Of a DNA stretch of 64,000 bases, positions 27,653-36,790 are shown one piece after another. Origin of the DNA: an uncultured Myxococcales bacterium (GTDB lineage Bacteria > Myxococcota_A > UBA9042); contig CAJBNH010000033.1 in assembly GCA_903955385.1 (NCBI GenBank), positions 27,586 to 91,585 of the forward strand. The letters are read 5' to 3'. Under the pieces are notes generated by a model. That model was not told the origin of the DNA and ran no database searches. It was given only the letters and a program-made list of their open reading frames with translations. Position numbers and translations under genes: made by a program. Position 1 is the first letter of the stretch, and each line of letters begins with the position of its first letter.

Positions 27653-28510
27653 ATGCACGAACGCGAATTCGAGATCGGAGTGGTCGTGGTCGGCTTGGGC
27701 CGGGCAGGGCAGGCGCGGGTCCGCGACGTGTCTGAGGTCGGCGGCTGCCGTCTGGTCGGGACCGTCTCGCGGCGTCCGGGTGCCGGGTCGATCACCTTGG
27801 ACGATGCGCTGACGCGACCTGACGTGCACGCCGTCATCCTCGCGACAGAAAACGATACCCATGCCCAGCTGGCCCGGCAGTTTCTCGCCGCCGGACGGCA
27901 CGTGGCCGTCGAGTTTCCGCTGGCCAACACCGCGGACGATGCGGTCGACTTGTTCCGGCTGGCCCAGCAACAGGGGCGGGTGCTGCACACGGAGGCCATT
28001 GGCCTGCTGACCCGGTCTCACGCCGCGCTGCGCGCGTTCTGCCGCGACCAAGCGTTCGTCGAGCTCGACCTGAACTTTCAAGGGGATTTGCAGGGTTGGG
28101 TTGCGGAAGAGGCGAACGCCGGCCGGTTGGGCCAGCTGGCTGTCGGCCGTCTGCATGTGCTGTGGGACCTTCTGGGGCCGCTGACGGTCCAGTCCGCCGC
28201 GCTGCACCGCGAAGGCCGAGGCTATCGATTGGAGGCAAGACTGACGGGGTGGGGAGGCTCAGCGACACTGGTCGAGCGCAGGGCAGACGGCATGGTGCGA
28301 GGCCGAACACTGGTCGTGCAAGGCGCCGACGGCGATCGTTGGCAGGCCGAACCCGAGCGCCCGGAACCCGGACTGTTCCGCAGCGACCTTGAGCGGTTTG
28401 TAGACCGAGTGAGAAGTGGCGGCGACGAGGGCGTCTACCTGCCCGATGAGGACGTGCTGGGCGTGCTGCGGGTGGCCGAAGAGCTGTCGCAAACACCGTC
28501 CATTTCATAA
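27653..28510 (+). CDS. Gfo/Idh/MocA-family NAD(P)-dependent oxidoreductase
   Basis: N-terminal Rossmann motif (IGVVVVGLGRAGQAR). The start is the ATG at 27653 with a GAGGTGAGG RBS. The longer ORF from 26954 lies antisense to ung and was rejected. Confidence 0.78.
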   Translation: MHEREFEIGVVVVGLGRAGQARVRDVSEVGGCRLVGTVSRRPGAGSITLDDALTRPDVHAVILATENDTHAQLARQFLAAGRHVAVEFPLANTADDAVDLFRLAQQQGRVLHTEAIGLLTRSHAALRAFCRDQAFVELDLNFQGDLQGWVAEEANAGRLGQLAVGRLHVLWDLLGPLTVQSAALHREGRGYRLEARLTGWGGSATLVERRADGMVRGRTLVVQGADGDRWQAEPERPEPGLFRSDLERFVDRVRSGGDEGVYLPDEDVLGVLRVAEELSQTPSIS

Positions 28511-28608
28511 GTCGTTTCAGGATATTGGATGGCACAAGCGGCGTTGCGTTCCTCGCCACGCTTGTACTATGCTGCACCGCCTGCGCGCCCACTTCGCGGA
28601 AGGTGACC

Positions 28609-30066
28609 ATGTCCGCCAACCGAATCTGGCCAGGCTTCTGTCCCCCGGGCTCGCGTGCGGCCGCCTGGTGGGTGGCGGGCGTGCTTGCGGCGTGCAGCGC
28701 CGACCCGGCCGCACCCGTCCCCTATACATTCGACATCCAGATCAAGAAGGACGCGAAGGACACCGCCATCGCGCAGGACGTGGCCGAAGACGATGCGGTG
28801 GATGCAGGGCTGGCGGACTCCGCGGAATTCGACACGGACCCGGTGACCGACGTCGATCTGGAAGTTCAAACCGACACAGACCCGGCCGATGCAGCACCCG
28901 ACGAGAGTGAAGACCCTGACTTGGCCGGCACCACCGACGTCGCCGCCGTGCCCGACACGGTAGACGTCGCCGTCGACGCCAAGGACGTCGAGGACGTCCC
29001 GCCGGGGACCGATGCCGTCGACGCCAAGGACGCCGCCGACGTGGTGGACGTGACGGACATCAAGGATGCTGCGGACATCTCCGACGTCGACGAGGAGCCG
29101 TGGTGGGACCTGCCGGACGCCGATGCCGGAACCGTGGATGTGCCGCCGCCGGTTTGGGACAGCAGCAACCCGCCCAGCCGCGTGTGCTCGCCCGTTGCCA
29201 ACGCCACGCCGGTCGAGGAGACGGTGTCCGGTGGCGGCAAGCTGGACATCCTGTTCTGGATCGACACCTCGGGCAGCATGACCGAAGAGGCGAAGTGGCT
29301 GACGCAGAACCTGCAGGGGTTTGCCGACTTCATCGCCAAGAAGGGCATCGACTACAACCTGATGATCATGGGCACGGGCCTTGGGCTGTGCTCGCCGAAG
29401 TGTTTCGCCCCCGCGCCCAACCACTTCTGGAACAAGGTCGCCGTCTCCAGCACCAATGGCCCCACGAAGTTCCTGTCCAGCTATAACACCTACGAGGCAT
29501 TCCTGCGCGACGACGCCAAGAAGAACATCGTGGCGGTGACCGACGACAACAGCTCGATGACGGCGGAGAACTTCACCCTGAATCTGCTGGCCAAGCCGAA
29601 GTTCAAGGACGGGTTCGTGCACCACAGCATCGTTGCGTTCAACGAGGACGCGCAGGGCAACCTGCTGCCCGGCATGTGCAACACGGGCGCGAGCTTGGGC
29701 ACCGTCTACCTGAAGCTGACGCAGAACACCGGCGGTTCGCGCTTCAAGGTATGCGAGCAGAACTGGGCGCCGATGTTCGAGAAATTGGCCGCCAACGTGG
29801 CCAAGACCGTCTCTGCGCTGTGCACCTACGCCATTCCGCCGGTTGCAGGCAAGAACCCGGACCTGCAGCAGCTGCAGCTCAGCTACTTCACGGGCAAGGA
29901 GGTCGTCGAGCCGTTGAAGCACGTGATCGAGGCCAACGACTGCGCTGCCACTCCGAACGGCTGGTTCTTCGACGACAACGCCAACCCGACCAAGGTCATT
30001 GTCTGCGACACCACCTGTCAGGGCATGATCGGCGGCAAGATCGTCTTTCAGTACGGTTGCTTGTAG
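28609..30066 (+). CDS. Lipoprotein with a highly acidic Asp-rich linker and a von Willebrand factor A (vWA) domain
   Basis: The signal ends …WWVAGVLAAC. A ~130 aa D/V/A/T-rich low-complexity region follows. The vWA MIDAS motif is present (DILFWIDTSGSMT). The C-terminus has conserved cysteines. An alternative TTG start lies at 28525. Confidence 0.75.
   Translation: MSANRIWPGFCPPGSRAAAWWVAGVLAACSADPAAPVPYTFDIQIKKDAKDTAIAQDVAEDDAVDAGLADSAEFDTDPVTDVDLEVQTDTDPADAAPDESEDPDLAGTTDVAAVPDTVDVAVDAKDVEDVPPGTDAVDAKDAADVVDVTDIKDAADISDVDEEPWWDLPDADAGTVDVPPPVWDSSNPPSRVCSPVANATPVEETVSGGGKLDILFWIDTSGSMTEEAKWLTQNLQGFADFIAKKGIDYNLMIMGTGLGLCSPKCFAPAPNHFWNKVAVSSTNGPTKFLSSYNTYEAFLRDDAKKNIVAVTDDNSSMTAENFTLNLLAKPKFKDGFVHHSIVAFNEDAQGNLLPGMCNTGASLGTVYLKLTQNTGGSRFKVCEQNWAPMFEKLAANVAKTVSALCTYAIPPVAGKNPDLQQLQLSYFTGKEVVEPLKHVIEANDCAATPNGWFFDDNANPTKVIVCDTTCQGMIGGKIVFQYGCL
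28780..29110 (+). repeat. Imperfect GAC-GTC/GAC-GCC codon repeats encoding an Asp/Val/Ala-rich low-complexity linker
   Basis: Lies within the vWA lipoprotein gene and encodes …DVAAVPDTVDVAVDAKDVEDVPPGTDAVDAKDAADVVDVTDIKDAADISDVDEE…. Confidence 0.5.
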
Positions 30067-30078
30067 ATAGTCATTGAC

Positions 30079-31128
30079 TCAGACGATCCAAGTGCTTGAC
30101 CGACGCACCAGCTTCGCGACTGCAGCGACCCACTCTGGCGTCGCGTTGGGCGCCGGGACCAGCACCAAGTCGCCGCCCCCCGCCTGCTGGAACGTTTCGC
30201 GGCCGCGCAGCCCGATCTCCTCGATGGTCTCCAGACAGTCGGCAACGAACGAGGGCTCGGCCACCACCACCTTCTTCACCCCTTTGCGGCCCAGTTCGGC
30301 GATCACGTCGTCGAAATAGGGGCGAATCCACGGGATCTTGCCAAGGCGGCTCTGGAAGCAGGTGGTCGTCGCCGTCGGGTCGAGGTGCAGGCGCTCGATC
30401 AACGCCCGCGAGGTTGCCATGCACTGGGCGCGGTAGCAGCTGCGGTTCGCGGACTCGAGCGTGCTGCAGCAGCCCTCGGACTTCAGGCAGTGCGCCCCCG
30501 TCAGGTCCGTGCGAGTACAGTGGCGCTCTGGCACGCCGTGGTAGCTCAAGACGACGTGGTCGGGCTGCTCGCACGCGATGGCCCGCTGCAGCAGAGCGGC
30601 AATCACGTCCAAGTACTCGGCTTCCTGAAAGAAGGGCGGAATGATCTGCACCGATGGTACGGTCCAGCGCCGACCCGCTTCGTTCAGCACCGCTGCCGCT
30701 GCCGACCCGAACGACGCCGACGCATACTGCGGAAACAAGGGCAGGGCGACCACGCGATCGATGCCCGCCGCCTGAAACGCGTCCAGCGCGCCGGCGATCG
30801 ACGGTTCACCGAACTGCATCGCCAGCCGCACTTCCACGCCTGTCCCCAAAGCCGTCTGCACCCCCGCCGCCAAGTCCTGGCCATGGAACAGCAGCGGCGA
30901 GCCTCGCGGTGTCCAAATCTGTCGGTACGCGTGGGCAGACTTGCGCGGCCGGAACGGCAGGATGATCAGGTTGAGCAGCAGCCACCGCCCCAAAGCAGGC
31001 ATGTCGATGACCCTGGGATCGCTCAGGAATTGACGCAGATAGCGGCGCACGTCTGCCGTTTGCGGCGACTTCGGGGTCCCGGTGTTGACGAGCAGCAGGC
31101 CGGTGCGGGTGGGCGGTTGAACAGTCAT
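30079..31128 (-). CDS. hemH: Ferrochelatase
   Basis: HemH motifs are present (LLLVNTGTP, YHGVPE, …). The length of 349 aa fits. Confidence 0.9.
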   Translation of the reverse strand: MTVQPPTRTGLLLVNTGTPKSPQTADVRRYLRQFLSDPRVIDMPALGRWLLLNLIILPFRPRKSAHAYRQIWTPRGSPLLFHGQDLAAGVQTALGTGVEVRLAMQFGEPSIAGALDAFQAAGIDRVVALPLFPQYASASFGSAAAAVLNEAGRRWTVPSVQIIPPFFQEAEYLDVIAALLQRAIACEQPDHVVLSYHGVPERHCTRTDLTGAHCLKSEGCCSTLESANRSCYRAQCMATSRALIERLHLDPTATTTCFQSRLGKIPWIRPYFDDVIAELGRKGVKKVVVAEPSFVADCLETIEEIGLRGRETFQQAGGGDLVLVPAPNATPEWVAAVAKLVRRSSTWIV

Positions 31129-31365
31129 GGCGTTCCTCAGGACGGGCAGAGCAGAAAGCTAACACGACACGTCGGTCACGTCTGCCGACGACAGGGGCGC
31201 CAGGAATCGCACCGATCCGGCGACGCGCTTGCATTCCTTCCCTTGATGATGCCTTGTCGATTCGGCTATCGTGGGGATTCGTCCGGGCGCGCACCGCCGC
31301 CGCCCCCGCGCCGGACTGACCCCCCGCCGCCACCGTCAACGAATGGTGACGCAAGGAGTTCCCGA

Positions 31366-32052
31366 ATGCTCCCCCCGCTTGCCCCGCGTCGGTTGTTCGG
31401 CGTTCGCCGCATGGCAGCCGTCGCCCTCGCCACGGCCCTCGGCACCGCCTTCGTCGCCTTGCCCCAGACGGCCTGCGCGTTCACCGTGCTGCAGGTCGAC
31501 CTGTACGACCTCGTCCAGAGTGCGGATGTCGTCGCCTACGGAGTGGTCGAGCGCACGACCGTGATCGATCGCCGCAAGGAAGGTCGCAGCATCTGGACGG
31601 AATTCACGCTGCGGGTGACGGAGGTCTGGAAGGGTGACGCCAAAAAGGTCGGCCCCCGCTTCACTTGGCGTCACGTTGGCGGCACCGGACAGGACGGCAT
31701 CACCGTCGCCGTGCCAGGCATGCCCACCTTCGTTCAAGGCGAGGAAGTGGTTGTCATCCTTGAGAAGACCTCAGAAGGGCACGTGATTTCCGCCGGTCCC
31801 CAGGGCAAGTTCTTCGTTCGCACCGACAAGTTGGGGCGCAAGACCGTCACGCGCGATCTGCTGGACGTCCACTTGCTGCACCGCGACACCCAGACCGGCA
31901 AGGTCAGCGAAGCTCCCACCACGACGCAAGTCACGCGCTTCCTGAAGGACTTCCGCGCAGAGGTGCTGGGCCATGTCGCTGCTCAGGCCAAGGTCGCCGT
32001 CAAGCCCGCCGCCCCCGTCAAGGTTTCCCCCCCCGGCCCCATCGGGAAGTAG
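31366..32052 (+). CDS. Secreted hypothetical protein
   Basis: Signal peptide MLPPLAPRRLFGVRRMAAVALATALGTAFVALPQTACA. An AAGGAG RBS sits 8 nt upstream of the ATG at 31366. The longer ORF from 30385 lies antisense to hemH and was rejected. Confidence 0.65.
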   Translation: MLPPLAPRRLFGVRRMAAVALATALGTAFVALPQTACAFTVLQVDLYDLVQSADVVAYGVVERTTVIDRRKEGRSIWTEFTLRVTEVWKGDAKKVGPRFTWRHVGGTGQDGITVAVPGMPTFVQGEEVVVILEKTSEGHVISAGPQGKFFVRTDKLGRKTVTRDLLDVHLLHRDTQTGKVSEAPTTTQVTRFLKDFRAEVLGHVAAQAKVAVKPAAPVKVSPPGPIGK

Positions 32053-32095
32053 CCCACCCACCGCTTCGCAGCTTCCCGAGACAGGAGTCCTCCCC

Positions 32096-34276
32096 ATGCG
32101 GCTCACCGGCGCTCCCTCCTTCGCCCCTCTGGCGCGCGCCCTGTTGACCCTGGCCTTGTGTTGGCCGGCCCAGGCTCAGGCGTTCTCGGTCTCTGTGCCG
32201 ACGCCGACCACCAAGACCTTCGTCAAGTGGTACACCAACAAGGTGATGTACTACCTGCACCCCTTCGGCACGCCCGACATCGGCGCGGCCGCCTCTCTGG
32301 ACGAGCTGCGGCTGGGCTGGAAGGGTTGGATGGGCATCAACTGCACCGGATTGCAGTTCATCGAGGGCTACCACTGCAACACGGCGCAAGGGAAGTGCCT
32401 GTACGACAAGTCCGGCGGCGTGGCGGTCTCGTGCAGCAAGGATGCAGACTGCCCGTCAGCCTTGAACGTCAAGGTCGTCCCGATCGGCTATAACCCCAAC
32501 AACCGCAACGAGTTGGTCTTTGTCGAGAACGCCGACTGGCAGTTTGGCAAGTACGTACTGGGCGTCACTTCGCCAGTCTTCGGCAGCAACGGTGCGATCC
32601 TCGAGGCCGACATCGCCTTCAACGGCTACAGCCAGAAGTGGACGACCAAGTCGGGAGAGGCGGGGTCCGGCACGCAGCACCTGCTCAGCGTCGCCATCCA
32701 CGAACAGGGCCACTTCTTCGGCGCCCAGCACGTGCTCGGTGGCTACAATGCCAAGGATCCTCCGACGATGGCACCCACCGTGCAGCCGTTCGGCATGTCG
32801 GCGACGCTGAACACGGATGACCAGAAGGTCGCGTGCTTTCTGAACCCGAAGTCGGGGCCTTACACCTGCGGTACCGACGCGGACTGCCCCTACATCAACG
32901 AGCAGAACCAACAGTCGGGTGAGGAGTACTACTCCGCCAAGCTCCTCTGCAATTCCGGCTCATGCGCGTGGTCCGGCGCCGGCACGCCGGTGGGCGGCAC
33001 CACTGCACTGGGCGGCGTCTGCACCGCGTCCAAGGACTGCAAGACCGGTCTGTTCTGCCAACCGTTCGGGTCCCAGGCCTACTGCTCGCAGGAGTGTACG
33101 GTCACCGCCAAGAACTGCCCGACGGGCTACACGTGCTACGCCTACCAGAACGGCGGCGGCAAGGGCGCCTGCCTGCCCGGCCAAGGCGAGCCGACGCCCA
33201 GCAAGACGCCAGGCACCGCCTGCAGTTCCAGCGCTGAGTGCACCACCCTGATGTGTCTGGACAACGTGTGCCGCGTGAAGTGCACCACCGGCAATCCCAT
33301 CGAGTGCGCCAAGGGCACCGAGCAGTGCGCGCCCATTCCGTCAGCCGGTTACGGCGGCTGCCTGCCCGTAGACCAGCCCGCCCAGAAACTGCCGCTGGGG
33401 GCCAAGTGCTTCGACGCCACCGAGTGCGACTCCGGCGCATGCCTGAAGGCTGACCTGCAGGCCAACTACGGTCTGTGTCGACAGAAGTGCTCGGGCAAGG
33501 GGACGTGCCCCAGCGGATTCTCCTGCGTTCAGCAGGTCGAGGGCTTCATGGCCTGCCTGCCCGGCAACGACAAGGTCCCGGTGGGCAGCGCGTGCACCGG
33601 CACCGGCGACTGCGACACCAACCTGTGCATCGACGCCGGCAACGCGATGTTCTGTTCGAAGAACTGCGACTTGAATCAGGTCGGCGTCTGCCCCTGCGGC
33701 ATGGCCTGCACCAGCACCAGCATCGGCCCCATCTGCTACCCCGGCACCAAACAGGCGTGCGTGTCGATCGGCCAGTCTTGTACGGCAGACAGCGAGTGTT
33801 TCTCTGGGCTTTGCGCGGGGGGCCTCTGCGTCGCCAGCTGCGACGTTGGCACCGGACAGGGCGGCTGCCTGCAGGGTGAGGCGTGCCTGCGTGTCCAGAA
33901 CGCCAACAGTCAGGGGCGCTGCGAGAAGACCGGCGCGACCAATCTGGGCGACCTGTGCGCGCAGGACTCGGACTGCAAGTCGCTGTTGTGCGCCCCAGAG
34001 TTGGCCAGCCCGCTTGAGCTGCGCTGCCAGAAACCCTGCGATCCGTCTCAGGATTCCTGCGGACCCGGCTTGGCCTGTCGCGCGCTGGGCGTGGGGTTGG
34101 GAGCGTGCGTGCTCGTCGAGGACATCCCCAACGTGCCGGACGTGCCGGTAGTCGGTTCGCTGGTCCCGTCGAATTCGAGCGGCTGCGCAGCGGGCGGGCG
34201 CACGGCACCTGCGGGACTTGCGTTGCTGTTCGCGGCTCTTGCGCTGATGACGTGGCGGCGGCGGTCGCGCGTCTAG
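32096..34276 (+). CDS. Secreted metzincin-type zinc metalloprotease with about eight C-terminal Cys-rich modules and a MYXO-CTERM signal
   Basis: The signal peptide ends …CWPAQAQA. The motif HEQGHFFGAQH fits HExxHxxGxxH. Repeated modules carry 6 cysteines in ~45 aa. The tail …SGCAAGGRTAPAGLALLFAALALMTWRRRSRV matches MYXO-CTERM. The start is the ATG at 32096 with an AGGAG RBS. Confidence 0.82.
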   Translation: MRLTGAPSFAPLARALLTLALCWPAQAQAFSVSVPTPTTKTFVKWYTNKVMYYLHPFGTPDIGAAASLDELRLGWKGWMGINCTGLQFIEGYHCNTAQGKCLYDKSGGVAVSCSKDADCPSALNVKVVPIGYNPNNRNELVFVENADWQFGKYVLGVTSPVFGSNGAILEADIAFNGYSQKWTTKSGEAGSGTQHLLSVAIHEQGHFFGAQHVLGGYNAKDPPTMAPTVQPFGMSATLNTDDQKVACFLNPKSGPYTCGTDADCPYINEQNQQSGEEYYSAKLLCNSGSCAWSGAGTPVGGTTALGGVCTASKDCKTGLFCQPFGSQAYCSQECTVTAKNCPTGYTCYAYQNGGGKGACLPGQGEPTPSKTPGTACSSSAECTTLMCLDNVCRVKCTTGNPIECAKGTEQCAPIPSAGYGGCLPVDQPAQKLPLGAKCFDATECDSGACLKADLQANYGLCRQKCSGKGTCPSGFSCVQQVEGFMACLPGNDKVPVGSACTGTGDCDTNLCIDAGNAMFCSKNCDLNQVGVCPCGMACTSTSIGPICYPGTKQACVSIGQSCTADSECFSGLCAGGLCVASCDVGTGQGGCLQGEACLRVQNANSQGRCEKTGATNLGDLCAQDSDCKSLLCAPELASPLELRCQKPCDPSQDSCGPGLACRALGVGLGACVLVEDIPNVPDVPVVGSLVPSNSSGCAAGGRTAPAGLALLFAALALMTWRRRSRV

Positions 34277-34288
34277 AACGACGCTCGC

Positions 34289-35317
34289 TCAGGCCCAGCC
34301 AAAACGCTCAATTCCCATCCAGATCAGCGGCATCGGTCGTTCGGCGTCCAGCCAGGCGATCATCGGCAGGCCCTTGTCCCGCGTACGATCGACCGTGCCC
34401 AGTGGACGGCGGTTCGGCTCGTGCCACGGGTCCAGCCCGGTGTCGCGGTCGGCGTCCCACCAGACCACGTGCGTCAGTCCCTCGCGCACAGCTTGAGCAG
34501 CAGCGGCCTGGGTCAACATGCGGGCGTCCTGAGCGCTCTCTGGCCGCCAAAGCAGCACATGCAGCACGGTTTCGGCGGCATCGCTGGTCCACAGCACCCA
34601 ACCGCCGTCGGGCCCCCGGGCGCCGATGACGTGTGGCTCTGGCAGCCGCCGGGCCCACGCACGCGCGCGCGCACGCACGCGGAACCACTCGATGCGCTCG
34701 GCCCGAGGAGCCTCGGCCACCGCCGGCGCCGTGGTCACGCCCAGCCACGAGGGCGTCCGCTCGACTTGCTGGTGCAACAGGTCCGCCACATCGGCCAGTC
34801 CCAGCTCGGTCGCCCGCAGCGGCCAGCGGTCGGACGAGGCCACGCGCAAGACGGATTCCCTTGCCGGATGAAGCAGATAGCCCAGACGCCGGTAGAGCTG
34901 CGGCCCGACGTCGCTGTACAGCGTCAGGGCCGAATTGCCCTCGAAACGCAGCTCTGCCCCCAGACGGCGCAGCAGCTCGGTTGCGTGACCCTGTTGACGC
35001 AGCTGGGGCGCGACCAGCACCGAGGCGATCGTCTGGCCCTTCACCCGCTCGGCACGGCCTTCGGCGTCCGCCGCCCACAGCTCGCAGGCATAGGTCTCGC
35101 AGCTGGCCACCGGCTCACCGTCCGGGTCGACCAGCAGCCACATCCTGAGGACATCGCGGAGGAAATCATCAGTTGCGAGCGTTTCCTCCCGCCGCAGAAA
35201 GTCGTCGATGGCGAAACCGTCACCCCACGCCTGATGATGCAGACGCCACCGCTGCGCACGCTGCTTGGGCGTGGCCTGCACCAGCGCAAAGGCCTCAGTG
35301 TCGCCGGTCTCGCTCAT
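34289..35317 (-). CDS. GNAT-family N-acetyltransferase, Eis-like two-domain architecture
   Basis: Acetyl-CoA-binding motif A-like sequence (LRQQGHATELLRRL) within a GNAT fold. The start overlaps the upstream lipase stop by 4 nt. Confidence 0.6.
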   Translation of the reverse strand: MSETGDTEAFALVQATPKQRAQRWRLHHQAWGDGFAIDDFLRREETLATDDFLRDVLRMWLLVDPDGEPVASCETYACELWAADAEGRAERVKGQTIASVLVAPQLRQQGHATELLRRLGAELRFEGNSALTLYSDVGPQLYRRLGYLLHPARESVLRVASSDRWPLRATELGLADVADLLHQQVERTPSWLGVTTAPAVAEAPRAERIEWFRVRARARAWARRLPEPHVIGARGPDGGWVLWTSDAAETVLHVLLWRPESAQDARMLTQAAAAQAVREGLTHVVWWDADRDTGLDPWHEPNRRPLGTVDRTRDKGLPMIAWLDAERPMPLIWMGIERFGWA

Positions 35318-36780
35318 GGCATCACGCTGGGGTCGTTGCAGTCCACAGCAGGGCGAATGACGCAATTGCGCTCGGCGACCAAGGGCTTTCCCGCAACGCG
35401 GTCATCGATCCACTTGCGCATGTAGGGCAGCGACGCAAGCGCCCCGTCGGTGTGGCCCAGACCCGCGCACTCCAGATACTCGATACGATAGCCCTGCTTG
35501 CACAGCTCCGGGATGCTCTTGCGCTCTGTTTCGGTGATGACGAGCTCGTCCTTCTCGCTGTAGGTCACCAGCACCGGGCGGTCCTTCAGCCGCGGCACCG
35601 AGGTCCAGGGCACGCTGTTCTCGCTGATCATGCAGCCCCAAGGCGGAAGGGCATCGAACTGACCGGCGGCCACTTTGGTCAGAAAATCGGGCGAGTACAG
35701 ATCGGACAGCGTCTTCAGCGTCGAGACGTCGACGTCGGGCTTGCAGGTCGTCGACAGCCAGATCGGCACGTTCTCGGCAAGCTTCAAAGGCTCTGCATTC
35801 GCAAGCACTTCCTTCAGGTCGCCCAGGCCGTACCACTGCTGCCAGGCCGTCAGCGCGGCCACCAGCGTAATGGCGGTCGCCCCTGGATGGTTGGCGCCCC
35901 AGACCGCCAACGCGCGCAAGTCGGTCGCGGGAACGGCGGCGGCAACGGCCAGCACGTCGATCTCTGGCGCGTAGTGCGGTTGATAGCGATCGACGAAGAA
36001 CGCAGCGTGCCCTCCCTGCGAGCCGCCCCAAACGATGGTGCGCTGCAGGTCCGGGTGCGTCAGCGTCGCGTCGTTGGCCAGGGCGACCCCAGCGGCACGC
36101 ACGGCGTCGAGACTCGCGAGGGCGGTGGCCTCTCCGACCAGGTACGAGTGGATCGATCCGGCCGGCGACGGCGGACCGAAGCCGCGCAACCCCAGGTAAT
36201 CCGGAGCCACGGCGACATAGCCCAGCGAGGCCAGCAGGGCGACCAGCCCCGCCCCCTCGAGCTCGTTCTTCGACGGCGCGCAGTCGTCCATGAAGCCGGT
36301 CGTGCCGTGCAGCCACAGGATCGTCGGCACGGGCTCCTTGGCCTCCAGGCCCACTGGCACGCCGACCAGCGCGGTGGCCTCGGTCAGTTGGCCCTTGTCT
36401 TGCGTGGTGTAGCGCAGCTTGAAGGTGCGGGCGCCGTTGCGGATCTCGCCGAGGTCGTAGCCCGTGTTCTTGAGCAGCTGCGCAATGGTGGCGGCAGACA
36501 GGTTGGTCAGCGCCATCTCGTCGAACTGCACCGGTTGGCCGACCTGTGCGGCGGGCAGCCAGGCAAACGGAGCGGCGCCGCACCGGTCGGGGGTGAACGG
36601 CGGGATGTCGGCGTCGGTACTGGCATCTTCGGCGTCGGCCGTGGCGTCCTGCGCTGTGGCGTCATCCGCGACGGAATCGCCCGGCGCTGCGGAGTCGACG
36701 GCATCGGTCTCGCACCCCGACAGGGCCAGGAGGGTGAGGGCGACGGCAGCGAAAAAGTGAAAGAAGGACGGGGTGTTCAT
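35314..36780 (-). CDS. Lipoprotein of the secretory-lipase (LIP, alpha/beta-hydrolase) family
   Basis: Lipobox LALSGC with an Asp-rich linker. The nucleophile elbow GGSQGGHAA is present. The length of ~490 aa fits PF03583-type lipases. Confidence 0.72.
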   Translation of the reverse strand: MNTPSFFHFFAAVALTLLALSGCETDAVDSAAPGDSVADDATAQDATADAEDASTDADIPPFTPDRCGAAPFAWLPAAQVGQPVQFDEMALTNLSAATIAQLLKNTGYDLGEIRNGARTFKLRYTTQDKGQLTEATALVGVPVGLEAKEPVPTILWLHGTTGFMDDCAPSKNELEGAGLVALLASLGYVAVAPDYLGLRGFGPPSPAGSIHSYLVGEATALASLDAVRAAGVALANDATLTHPDLQRTIVWGGSQGGHAAFFVDRYQPHYAPEIDVLAVAAAVPATDLRALAVWGANHPGATAITLVAALTAWQQWYGLGDLKEVLANAEPLKLAENVPIWLSTTCKPDVDVSTLKTLSDLYSPDFLTKVAAGQFDALPPWGCMISENSVPWTSVPRLKDRPVLVTYSEKDELVITETERKSIPELCKQGYRIEYLECAGLGHTDGALASLPYMRKWIDDRVAGKPLVAERNCVIRPAVDCNDPSVMP

Positions 36781-36790
36781 CGGTGTCACG

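Noticed and set aside
30385-31365. 5' portion of the 555-aa ORF 30385..32052
   Set aside because: It lies antisense to hemH. A real gene with an RBS and signal peptide starts at 31366.
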